In this document: positions 1 through 9,271 of the stretch, piece after piece
Position numbering within the stretch: the stretch's first letter is position 1
How the letters are laid out: each line of letters starts with the position of its first letter
Assembly: GCA_019058445.1 (NCBI GenBank)
Contig: JAHPZA010000009.1
Location: 192,001-256,000 of the forward strand
Source of the DNA: Promethearchaeota archaeon
GTDB lineage: Archaea > Asgardarchaeota > Lokiarchaeia > Sigyniarchaeales > SOKP01
DNA length: 64,000 nucleotides
Reading direction: 5' to 3'
Made by a program: the position numbers and the translations under genes
Notes under the pieces: generated by a model
Databases searched by the model: none
What the model was told of the DNA's origin: nothing
The model's input: the letters and a program-made list of their open reading frames with translations, nothing else

Positions 1-255
1 TAAATCTTGTGACAGTTTTCATAACCCTTCTTATATAGATTATAGAATATTTTATAATCATTAAAAATCCAATTAAAATACTATTTAGATAATCAAAAAC
101 TGATTCTTAGTATAATAATAAAAACCATACTTATTCTTAGATAAATCAGAAAAATGTGTGGTAGTTATTATAAAAAGAATTAAATAATTCTCTGATCATT
201 ATAAGAATCGTAATAAGTAAAATTAAATTAGGTACTTTATTATTGTGATATAATT

Positions 256-411
256 ATGCCTTCGATTGATGTATCTGAAAACGTGAAGGAAAGGTTAGAA
301 AAGGTTAAAGAAAAGTACGGATGTAAAACGTACTCGGAAGCTGTAAACATAATTCTCTTACTTTTAGAAGAAAAGGAAAAAGCAAACAAATCCTCTTCAA
401 ATTCGCACTAA
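256..411 (+). CDS. Small ribbon-helix-helix/antitoxin-like DNA-binding protein (51 aa; below the ORF-track cutoff)
   Basis: Hand translation MPSIDVSENVKERLEKVKEKYGCKTYSEAVNIILLLLEEKEK...; strand-helix-helix pattern (xIxVSxxVKxRL...xTYSEAV) typical of archaeal RHH/VapB-like proteins. Confidence 0.6.
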   Translation: MPSIDVSENVKERLEKVKEKYGCKTYSEAVNIILLLLEEKEKANKSSSNSH

Positions 412-653
412 TCGTCTTTCGCTGTTTTTCGCTATTTTTATTCTTTTTCTCTTTTTAACATATAATATTGTTTTAATGTTTCCCTTGTAATTCTTGAAAT
501 AAAAAAGGGATATTAGAGTCTAAATCATAATTCAAAAGAAAGACTTATCATTGATAAATGAATAAAGTCTTAAGTTAAAACTTAAATACATTTATGTGAT
601 AAAATATATTATTATTAATAATAAAGACATTAATTAGAGGTGCAATTCTAAAA

Positions 654-1130
654 ATGAAGTTCAGATATGGTTTTGTTAGTAATTCTTCATCTATGAGTTT
701 CATTGTTGCTTTTCCAAATGAAATAAGAACAACTGAGGATCTTAGAAAACTAATTTTAGACAATTTGAATGAATCATATCAGATAACTGATCAGGGAGGG
801 GAGGTTATAGATAAAGAAGAAATATTAATTGAATTATTTAAGCAAATTGAGAATCAAACTCCTAATGATGGAGATAAAGCAATTGATAGATTGAACGGAT
901 ATATACTAGTACCAAAAGATGCGGGAGTAAATTGGAGTAAATACAATATAACAATACTTGAAAAACAAACTCTTACAATGCAAGAGGCTACAAATATTTT
1001 CGATGAGCTTAAAAAGGATGATAAGTATATATATACATTTATTTTCGATACAAGTGATTATATATATCAAGCTATATCCAGAAGTCTTCTATTCATTAAT
1101 TTCGATCATGTCCATATTGTAAACCATTAA
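654..1130 (+). CDS. Uncharacterised protein with N-terminal MKxRxGFVSNSSSxSF motif (phage/mobile-element-type family)
   Basis: N-terminus MKFRYGFVSNSSSMSFIV. Confidence 0.7.
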   Translation: MKFRYGFVSNSSSMSFIVAFPNEIRTTEDLRKLILDNLNESYQITDQGGEVIDKEEILIELFKQIENQTPNDGDKAIDRLNGYILVPKDAGVNWSKYNITILEKQTLTMQEATNIFDELKKDDKYIYTFIFDTSDYIYQAISRSLLFINFDHVHIVNH

Positions 1131-1145
1131 CTTTAGATTTTTTAT

Positions 1146-2177
1146 TTAAATTTTAAAAACTGGACAGATTCTTTTATTTCGTATTAATTTTTTTCTAAAT
1201 CTTTTAATTTTTTCATTAAACCATATGTCATCGATAAAATTATTTACCTTTATAACATCTATACCTTCATACATCAATTCTCCTTCTAAAAATGAGCAAG
1301 GGTATGCTATTCCCTCAACATTTATATATTGGCTAAAACAATTACTTTCACATGATTCTATCATCATTTCTAAGAATTTCTTTTTTTCATTATTTTGAAT
1401 TATTTTTAAGAATTTTTTTGCCGAACAGCTATCAAATCCTATTGAAATTTTTTGGTTAAGAGCATACTGGACTAGATCAGAAAATTCAACTTGAGATATT
1501 GCATGAAAATCTTTACCTCTTCCCTTCTGCTTTAGACTTAAGAGAATTATAGCATTTAAGCTACTTAATCTAACATCATTTTTTGTCTTATCTATTAAAT
1601 CATAACAACCTTTTAGCGTTTCTTTTGTTACTAATTTATGAATATTTACTTGTTTTATCCCAACATTGATCAATAGTTCTACTGCATTAAAACAATATTC
1701 ATCATTATAGTGGCTAACCGCAACCGCACCACAATATTTTGCTAATCGTTTTGCCCATTTTTCATTAATTTTATATCCATTAATTGTTATATTGGGTACT
1801 ACCTGATTTTTTTGACAATATTCAAACATTTTCCATAAATCTTGATTTGCATCTAAATCACCAATACCAAATGCGATTTGAATTAAATTCTTAGGAAATT
1901 TGTCAAAAATTAATTTAAATGTTTCAAAACTCATATTTTTTCCATTAGTTGTATTAGATTTATAGCACCAAGGGCAACTACCACTACATATTGTTGATAC
2001 TTCAATATCTAAGATTTCAGGTCCGAAAGGGCTATATTCTGGATCATCTCGTTTATTTTTTCCCCACCTTGCGAAAAATCCATTTTCCATATTAAATATA
2101 TAGTTATACTCTTCGCTTTTTACAAATTTCACATTATTTTTATAATAAATCTCTTGATTAATTAAAAAAATCACCAT
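1146..2177 (-). CDS. Radical SAM protein with C-terminal SPASM/twitch-like cysteines
   Basis: CxxxCxxC motif (CSGSCPWC); C-terminal CESNC...YPCSF...CPVF. Confidence 0.9.
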   Translation of the reverse strand: MVIFLINQEIYYKNNVKFVKSEEYNYIFNMENGFFARWGKNKRDDPEYSPFGPEILDIEVSTICSGSCPWCYKSNTTNGKNMSFETFKLIFDKFPKNLIQIAFGIGDLDANQDLWKMFEYCQKNQVVPNITINGYKINEKWAKRLAKYCGAVAVSHYNDEYCFNAVELLINVGIKQVNIHKLVTKETLKGCYDLIDKTKNDVRLSSLNAIILLSLKQKGRGKDFHAISQVEFSDLVQYALNQKISIGFDSCSAKKFLKIIQNNEKKKFLEMMIESCESNCFSQYINVEGIAYPCSFLEGELMYEGIDVIKVNNFIDDIWFNEKIKRFRKKLIRNKRICPVFKI

Positions 2178-2225
2178 TTTGTTCCTGAATATAGGCTTCG
2201 CTTTTTACAAATTTCACATTATTTT
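2111..2225. repeat. Perfect 30-bp direct repeat (2111-2140 and 2196-2225)
   Basis: cttcgctttttacaaatttcacattatttt occurs twice, once inside the radical SAM 5' coding region and once just upstream of its start. Confidence 0.9.
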
Positions 2226-2313
2226 AAAGTAAAACTCCTAATTAAAGATATTTAGGATATTAAATTATGATTATCAAAAAATTTTTCATGATTGAAAAAT
2301 TTGAACTAGAGAA

Positions 2314-4302
2314 TTATAATCTCATTTTTCTTATAATTTCGCTAGATTTACTATTAATTTTTTTTAAGATTTTGATAAGATCTGCAAAATCTTGGCAATT
2401 TTCTTCATTTATATATTTTTTTAGTAATATAAATAAATCTAATTTTAACTGATGAGCACTTAAATTGCTAATATTAATGTCTTCAATCAATTTTGAGTCA
2501 AATTCACCATTTTTATCTCTTTCCTTGATATTGTTGATTATTTGTTTAATTTGAGGGGTAATTTTTTTATCTTCTAAATATACATTATTAGCTATTAAAA
2601 TGTTCCAAGGTTCAATTGATTTCTGAAGTTCCTTAAAGGTTCTTTTAATGATTTCAAAAGGAATTAAATCTTCAATTTCTTTATTCTTTTCAAGAATAAA
2701 TAAGAAATCAATTGCATTCTGATATTTCTCAGGATTTTTCTTATACTTTTTATATTTTTTTGAACCCTCATCATCATTATCTATTAAGGCAATGAAATTT
2801 ATATTCGATTCTTGTGCTACTCTAATAAATGAGTCCAAATTATTTATTCCATTTATTGGGATTATAGAGATATAATTTAGATCCAAGAGATCTTCATTAT
2901 TTTTTTTAGCATAGTTAATTGCTAATTCTTCAATTAGTATTTTATCGGTTATTCCCTCAACAAATAAGTTGACTTCTCCAAAATTAGAGATACTTGAAAA
3001 ACTAAATCCAAGTGTATTGGATAAGAGAACATCATCGAAAATTCCCTCTTTTCTTGGTTGCCTTAATTTAGTTATACCTTCTTCCTTGTTTAAAAATATT
3101 ATCCTTTCAGGATGGTTTCTATTTATCATAAATGGTAAATGAGTTGTATAAATTATTTGATTATAAAGAGATAGTTTTTCAATCTCTTTTAGTAAATCTT
3201 TTTGCCCTCCTGGATGTAGATAAATACCTGGTTCATCCAATAGAATAACACAATTTTTAAGTTCATTGCCAAAATTTGCGTTAAAATGCAGTAAAAATGC
3301 AAAGAACCACTGAAATCCTAAACTTCTTCTTTTAGGATCAATAGTTTGTTCATTCTCCAAAAATCCTATATAAAGGGCATTATCTGTCCCAAGATATAAA
3401 TTAAGTTTAATATCTTGATATTGTGTCCAGCTCTCGTTTAAAATTTTACTTACTTTTTGATTAACTCTTCTTAGTATATTAATCCTTCTACCCTGATCAT
3501 TCGTCTTAATAAAGTCACTTAGATTAATATTCGCAATCTTGAAAAAATTATCTATTGAACGGTACTTGTTAACATTTGATTGTAATTCGGTTAAAAGAAT
3601 TTTACTAGGGATATAGTATTCATCTTTAAAACTCCAATTTATTAATTTAACATTTTCTAAAAGAGTATCCAAAATTGTATTTTCAGAAGATTCCATTAAA
3701 ATATCATCAACTTTGAAAACGATATTTTGTTTATGTTGATGACTTGCGAAATAATTTATTACCTTATCAACTATTTCTTTTGAGTTAGTTGCAAATTGAT
3801 AGGTTTTATTTTGTTCAATATGATGATTAGAGGGTAAAGAGATATTTTCGATGATCTCTGGTAAGGTAATATGAATTTGACCTGTAGGTAGAGTTCCATG
3901 AAATGATATTTTATAACCAGCTTCTCCTAAATTTATTTTTTCAGGAGTTTCAATCGTTCTATTTTTTCCTTCTATTTTAACTTTTAATTTATTTATATCT
4001 AAATTCGATATTAAATTCTTAATTTTATCAATATTAAATTTAAATTCAATCTCTGGTTTTGTCTCAAAAATATCTTCAACATAACAGCAGGTATCGCTAT
4101 CTTGCAGAATGTTAGGATTACTTAATGATTCAAAAGCCAATAGAAGATTTGTTTTTCCACATTCATTGGGGCCAACTAATGTATGGATGTTTTTTTTAAA
4201 TTCAATTGTTAAAGCATCATAGGTTCGATAATTTTTAAGCGTAATCTCATTGATAAAAATGGGATTTTTGGGATTTGTGTCTTTATTACTTAATTTTATC
4301 AC
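2314..4302 (-). CDS. OLD-family ATP-dependent nuclease (ABC-type ATPase + TOPRIM)
   Basis: Walker A GPNECGKT, signature RSLGFQW, Walker B LLDEPG, YTTH switch, TOPRIM FVEGITD...DND. Confidence 0.85.
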   Translation of the reverse strand: MIKLSNKDTNPKNPIFINEITLKNYRTYDALTIEFKKNIHTLVGPNECGKTNLLLAFESLSNPNILQDSDTCCYVEDIFETKPEIEFKFNIDKIKNLISNLDINKLKVKIEGKNRTIETPEKINLGEAGYKISFHGTLPTGQIHITLPEIIENISLPSNHHIEQNKTYQFATNSKEIVDKVINYFASHQHKQNIVFKVDDILMESSENTILDTLLENVKLINWSFKDEYYIPSKILLTELQSNVNKYRSIDNFFKIANINLSDFIKTNDQGRRINILRRVNQKVSKILNESWTQYQDIKLNLYLGTDNALYIGFLENEQTIDPKRRSLGFQWFFAFLLHFNANFGNELKNCVILLDEPGIYLHPGGQKDLLKEIEKLSLYNQIIYTTHLPFMINRNHPERIIFLNKEEGITKLRQPRKEGIFDDVLLSNTLGFSFSSISNFGEVNLFVEGITDKILIEELAINYAKKNNEDLLDLNYISIIPINGINNLDSFIRVAQESNINFIALIDNDDEGSKKYKKYKKNPEKYQNAIDFLFILEKNKEIEDLIPFEIIKRTFKELQKSIEPWNILIANNVYLEDKKITPQIKQIINNIKERDKNGEFDSKLIEDINISNLSAHQLKLDLFILLKKYINEENCQDFADLIKILKKINSKSSEIIRKMRL

Positions 4303-4411
4303 CGAATTTTTATTCTTTATAAAAAATTATGATTTATGATTTAAATATTTATAAAATAGTCAAAAAATATTTTCTAAAATTGTCTATTCTTTTAATTTTA
4401 ATTTTTTAGAT

Positions 4412-5179
4412 TTAGTTAAAATATTTTTCTTGATTGTCTTCTATTTCTTTAATTCCCATTTTATTAATTATTGCGCCTTCTTTATTTAAATGGATTAATT
4501 TTTCCTTGTATAAACCATTTAAGTATGTTGATATATAAGAAGCTTGTTTTGGTTTCAAAATTAAGTTTAACTCTTGTCGTGTCATTCTCTTTGGAAATTG
4601 ATATAAAATTAGTAATAATTCTTCCTTAAATTTCAATCCTTTTTTAAGAATCATTATTTCACCATCTTCGAATTGCTCAATAGTAGGTATTTTTCTTTCC
4701 ATAACTGAGTTAGTTAAAATTATGGCATCTTCAAAAGAAATATCGAAATATATTAGTATTAATTGAGATATTACCCAATTACACGCTGTAATAACAAATT
4801 CAAAATCGATTAAATCAGCATTAGTCATTTTTATATGTGCTACTCTTTTTTTACTCCTGATGGAAAAAATAGCTTTTAGAGTTTGTGGAATGACCAAATA
4901 TAACATTTCTTCTTTAGCAGAAGTTTTAGGTAATCTCAACAAGTCATTATAAAAATTTCCAAATTCTATCTTGTTTAAGTTAATATTTATTAATGGTTCA
5001 GATAACTGCTTGAGACATGCAATACAAATTTCACTAAACCTAGCAGCATGTAATAGCCCTTTGGTTACATCACCTAACCAGTAGGCGGACTTAGATCTTT
5101 CAAACTCAAAAAGAAGCTCTTTTGCGAATGATTGACCAAAAATATTTTGAAATTTTTTCATTAAAGATTTCTGACTCAT
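4412..5179 (-). CDS. Putative HEPN-like nuclease with C-terminal winged helix
   Basis: IRSKKRVAH Rx4-6H-type motif in a helical domain; C-terminal wHTH (LLLILY...TYLNGLYKEKLI); ATG at 5179 overlaps the upstream stop (ATGA). Confidence 0.55.
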   Translation of the reverse strand: MSQKSLMKKFQNIFGQSFAKELLFEFERSKSAYWLGDVTKGLLHAARFSEICIACLKQLSEPLININLNKIEFGNFYNDLLRLPKTSAKEEMLYLVIPQTLKAIFSIRSKKRVAHIKMTNADLIDFEFVITACNWVISQLILIYFDISFEDAIILTNSVMERKIPTIEQFEDGEIMILKKGLKFKEELLLILYQFPKRMTRQELNLILKPKQASYISTYLNGLYKEKLIHLNKEGAIINKMGIKEIEDNQEKYFN

Positions 5180-6546
5180 AATTGACAATCCTCTGTTTCT
5201 AAATATGTCTTTAGCATTTCAATAGCTTGGTTCTCACCTCCATGTGTCAGTTGCATAGCAGATTTAGGTTTATTTGCTGAAAAATACATCTTATAATATT
5301 TATTGCTGTTCAATAAATCCAATCGATCATAAGAAACCCCGCTATTCTTTAATAGAATTTTTCCAGAAAAATTCTTAACATCATATACTTTTTTTAATAT
5401 AACACCTAACAACATTAAGGTTTTGATTTGTATTCTTTTTCTTATATTTTCTCTTAATGGAACACACATTCGGATTCCATCATTCTGGAAATCAAATAAT
5501 GTTCTTAACTTTTCTTCATCTAATCCATTTCTTTCGGCAAAAAAAGTTATATTTTGATTTAATTCTTCTTCATTAATCGAGATTTTATCAGATTGTTCAT
5601 TTTTAATTTTGCTTTTAAATTTTAAATCAAAATTTGAAGTATTTTCTATAATATCTTTCAATAATATAATACCCTTCTGGAATCCAAGAGGTGTAATTCT
5701 ATAAGAGGTGTTTGTACTTCCTATAGGTCCCCGCTTATGCACTATATATGTAGAATAGTTTTTCAAAGTGGTGCTCATGTATTTTACTGGTACTCCTGCA
5801 TCTAATAAACATTTCCTAAATTCAGAAGATTGAATTTCATCCAAACCATACATTAATTTGTGAACTGTAAGGAATAATAAGGTTGCTTTAATATGGCTCT
5901 CTTTATTCGATACGCCTTTCCATCCTCTTAACAAAATAATCTCGTTATCTACAACATTAATTATTGAATGTAGATTATCCACAGTTAAATTGTACTTTTC
6001 AAGTTTGTTTTCCAATAATTCCTCATCCAATTTTTTATCTATTTTTTGTGATACTGGTTCAGAAATTTGTCTTCTTTTTGTAGATTTTTTTTTTACTGGG
6101 ACTCTTTGTTTTTTAGATGTCATTATGGCACTATTCTTTTCTTTAATCAGATATTTGTGAGTTAGGGTGTCTAATTGTTTCTCTATTTCATAGTATTTAA
6201 TGGTGTATGAATCATTTTCTATACCTACGATTTTATTTTTGACATAATTTCCTAATGGTCCAGATACTGTTGTCTGAGCAATATCAATACTTTCACTAAT
6301 AAACCTTGAAGTTATTTGTACATCTTTGTTAAGATTTAATTCCTTTGAGAAATAGATTCCGATAAGAAAAATAATTATTTTTTCTTTTACAGTTAATGGA
6401 AATTCTGGTGAAATGATGATTTTACCTGTTTTACTCTCTATTTTTAAGAAAGGTTTTGATTTTTCAACCAACCTTCTTAAGTCTTCAAGAGTGTGTTCTT
6501 CATCAACTATGAGGTCTTTTAGTATTTCAAGTTTTTTGTCGTCCAT
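5176..6546 (-). CDS. Protein of three tandem winged-helix-like modules
   Basis: Internal repeats ending YRITPLGFQKG and MQLTHGGENQA; N-terminal wHTH (ITSRFISESIDIAQTTVSGPL). Confidence 0.6.
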   Translation of the reverse strand: MDDKKLEILKDLIVDEEHTLEDLRRLVEKSKPFLKIESKTGKIIISPEFPLTVKEKIIIFLIGIYFSKELNLNKDVQITSRFISESIDIAQTTVSGPLGNYVKNKIVGIENDSYTIKYYEIEKQLDTLTHKYLIKEKNSAIMTSKKQRVPVKKKSTKRRQISEPVSQKIDKKLDEELLENKLEKYNLTVDNLHSIINVVDNEIILLRGWKGVSNKESHIKATLLFLTVHKLMYGLDEIQSSEFRKCLLDAGVPVKYMSTTLKNYSTYIVHKRGPIGSTNTSYRITPLGFQKGIILLKDIIENTSNFDLKFKSKIKNEQSDKISINEEELNQNITFFAERNGLDEEKLRTLFDFQNDGIRMCVPLRENIRKRIQIKTLMLLGVILKKVYDVKNFSGKILLKNSGVSYDRLDLLNSNKYYKMYFSANKPKSAMQLTHGGENQAIEMLKTYLETEDCQL

Positions 6547-6908
6547 TTTATTTTTACTCCTTTGATTTATATTATTATATAATAATACACTTTAATAAAC
6601 TTTTTCATACATATTTACATAGTATGAGGTAATAATATGAAAAGCCAATAATAATCGTTCCTCATTTTATATTGTATGAATCTCTCTTAGAATCTGTTAT
6701 TTACCTTATAATTTTATTATTAATATTTTGTCTTTCAATTTGAATTAAATTATAAAAGAATTATAATGATTCATAGTAGTATGAACAATCAATATCTTCT
6801 ATTAAGAGAAAATTACATAGCAGTATAAAATATAAAATGAATAGAAGGATGGTTAAGTTGTCAAGATTAAAGGGATATAGAAACAGGAGATAGACTCTAT
6901 TTTTGTCT

Positions 6909-6928
6909 ATAGAGGGTGAAATCCAATG
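6909..6928 (+). repeat. Dispersed IS-end-like motif, copy A (atagagggtgaaatccaatg)
   Basis: 19/20 match to the reverse complement of 25270-25289; core also at 11804-11820. Confidence 0.65.
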
Positions 6929-7020
6929 ATATACCTAATGATTCTTGCTAATCCATGTAATATTTTTACCTAAGAGTATATAAATACTACTGTAGATTAT
7001 TATTATTAGACCAAAAACCA

Positions 7021-7141
7021 TGACTCCTGCCACACCCTGGATTTTTGTCTTTTGGTTAGTGTATGAAAATACACTCTGATTTTGCCCTCCTCCCCCTATT
7101 TAATTTTTAACCTTGTATTGAGGTTGAGTGGCAAGGAGTCA
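7021..7141. mobile_element. Putative ~120-bp MITE-like element
   Basis: Terminal inverted repeats tgactcc-tgccac (7021-7033) and gtggcaaggagtca (7128-7141) with TG...CA ends; related end gggcgggagtca at 11673-11684. Confidence 0.45.
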
Positions 7142-7235
7142 CCTTTTCAAAAAATATTTATTCAAATTCAAAAATATTTATACTAAAGACAAAACACAGA
7201 TTTCAAAAAAAATTCAATTATAGGATTTATTTAAA

Positions 7236-9047
7236 ATGGTATGCCCAATATGTGGAGAAATTAGACTCTCAGATCCAGAAAAATATTTAATTTGTCCAAA
7301 ATGCGATAACTATTGCAAAATCTATTCTCGTGAAGAAACAAGGGAGTATATGAAGAAAAAAATTAGAGAAGGATATCGTTTGTTTTATAATTTAGTTGTT
7401 CCATATAATTTAAGCAAGATTATTATAAATCTTCATAATTTTAGAAATATTTCTTTTCCTGAAGGATCTTTTTTTAGTCGTTATTTTCATTCCTCATTAG
7501 GAATTGGTTTAATTTTAAAGAAATGGGACAAATTAAATAGAATTTCCAAAAATATTGATCTTGATTCATATCTCATGTCAAATATTATAATGCGATGCAA
7601 GGATATCTACTTAGTTAAACATTATTTATTTTTTACTAAGTTTGACGGTGTAAGATTAATAAACCGTTATTCTGACAATTCTGTCGGATTTAAATATACT
7701 GAGAATTGGAAACCTTATTTAAAAAGAGCAATTCTTAATGGATCTTACCCTAATGATAATTTAGATTCTTTATTTTTAAATAAAAAAGATTTTAATTTGT
7801 TTTCAGCAGTTTTATTTAAAAATATAATATTAAAAAAATTGCATGATAAAAATCCTGATTATTATTATATTACTGATGCATTAAAGAAATTTCAAAATTT
7901 TATTTTTCATTATCCTTGGAGAGATTATTTTAAGGTTAAAAAGACACAAAAAAGCATCGATAATTATATAGAATTTTGTGATTTTTTTAAGAATAAGAGT
8001 TTTTTTTCGCGAAGAGAAATCTCTGAGATTGGAATAAATAAAAAAAAATATATCAACAATAATTGGGTTTCTTCTCCTAATAATTCAACTAATTTTCCAA
8101 TAATAATAAGACTTAAAAGAAATTGGTATATTCCAAACGTTTTGTATGATTTTTGTAGAAGCTTTTATGATCTGTACTCTTCTAAAAAGAAATCTTTTTT
8201 TCGAAGATATCAGAACGATATTGGCAGCCTTTTTGAAGATAAAGTATCTATTTTATTAAAAATATTTAATCTAGACTTATATACACCTGAAAAACCAAAA
8301 AAAAAATTAGTTCGACTCCAATATCAAGGAAAAGAATTTTTAGATATAGGAGCATTTTATCATCCCTTAAAATATTTTTTTATAATAGAATGTAAAAATA
8401 AATCATTCGTAAAAATTAGTGATTATAATCCCGTGAATTTGAATCAAAATATTCTGAGTGAATTTGAAAAATTTCGAGATCGTGATATCCCTCGTATAAA
8501 AAAACTTCTCAATACATGGGATTTAGATTATACCATAATCCCCCTTTTTTTCAATTTAGTTCCTTTAGTAGGAGAATTAGCAGATAAATCTTATTTTTAT
8601 AATAAAGATGGAATAACTATAATTCAAAATTTTGCAGAAATCTCACTCTTTATTTATCATTTACTAAAAGAAAAAGGCAAATCATTTCATGAAATATACC
8701 ATTTTCCAGAAAAATTGATGAAGGTTATTAATGACAAAAATTTTTTAAAAGATGTAGATTATAAGCATGAGCAAGATATAGGTACGTTATTAGGAGAAAA
8801 ATCTGAACGATATCTAATCATACATGGAGAATTTATTAATTTTGATGATTTAGATATAAAAAAAGAATTGAATGTTAAGACAGAGTTCCAAGGCAAGAAA
8901 ATTGACCTATCAATTATTATTCCTCCAGAATTGGAAGAATATATCAAAGATCTTAATTTATATAAAGGAGATATAATTAGTATAATTGTTTATAGGTTAG
9001 AAGAACACACATCAATCTATTTTTTAGGAAGAATTTGGAAATTATAA
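7236..9047 (+). CDS. Zn-ribbon + PD-(D/E)xK (NERD-like) nuclease protein
   Basis: N-terminal CPIC...CPKC; GSLFEDKV...EFLDIG...IIECKN catalytic pattern. Confidence 0.65.
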   Translation: MVCPICGEIRLSDPEKYLICPKCDNYCKIYSREETREYMKKKIREGYRLFYNLVVPYNLSKIIINLHNFRNISFPEGSFFSRYFHSSLGIGLILKKWDKLNRISKNIDLDSYLMSNIIMRCKDIYLVKHYLFFTKFDGVRLINRYSDNSVGFKYTENWKPYLKRAILNGSYPNDNLDSLFLNKKDFNLFSAVLFKNIILKKLHDKNPDYYYITDALKKFQNFIFHYPWRDYFKVKKTQKSIDNYIEFCDFFKNKSFFSRREISEIGINKKKYINNNWVSSPNNSTNFPIIIRLKRNWYIPNVLYDFCRSFYDLYSSKKKSFFRRYQNDIGSLFEDKVSILLKIFNLDLYTPEKPKKKLVRLQYQGKEFLDIGAFYHPLKYFFIIECKNKSFVKISDYNPVNLNQNILSEFEKFRDRDIPRIKKLLNTWDLDYTIIPLFFNLVPLVGELADKSYFYNKDGITIIQNFAEISLFIYHLLKEKGKSFHEIYHFPEKLMKVINDKNFLKDVDYKHEQDIGTLLGEKSERYLIIHGEFINFDDLDIKKELNVKTEFQGKKIDLSIIIPPELEEYIKDLNLYKGDIISIIVYRLEEHTSIYFLGRIWKL

Positions 9048-9271
9048 ATCAGTATTAGAAATGATATTTATAATAATTATGAAGACAATAGAATAATACT
9101 CAAGAATTAAGAATATAATTTTCAAGTTCCATATCTTAAGAATTTGAATAGATATGTGATTAAATAATATAAATTAGATTAAAGAGAGAATACTATGATC
9201 TCATTTCTTATTTTATATCAATAGGAAAAATAAAAAAAATGTAAATTATTTAAGAATTCTGTTTTATTTGC

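Noticed and set aside
2314-4302. Gabija or retron system
   Set aside because: No adjacent UvrD helicase or reverse transcriptase
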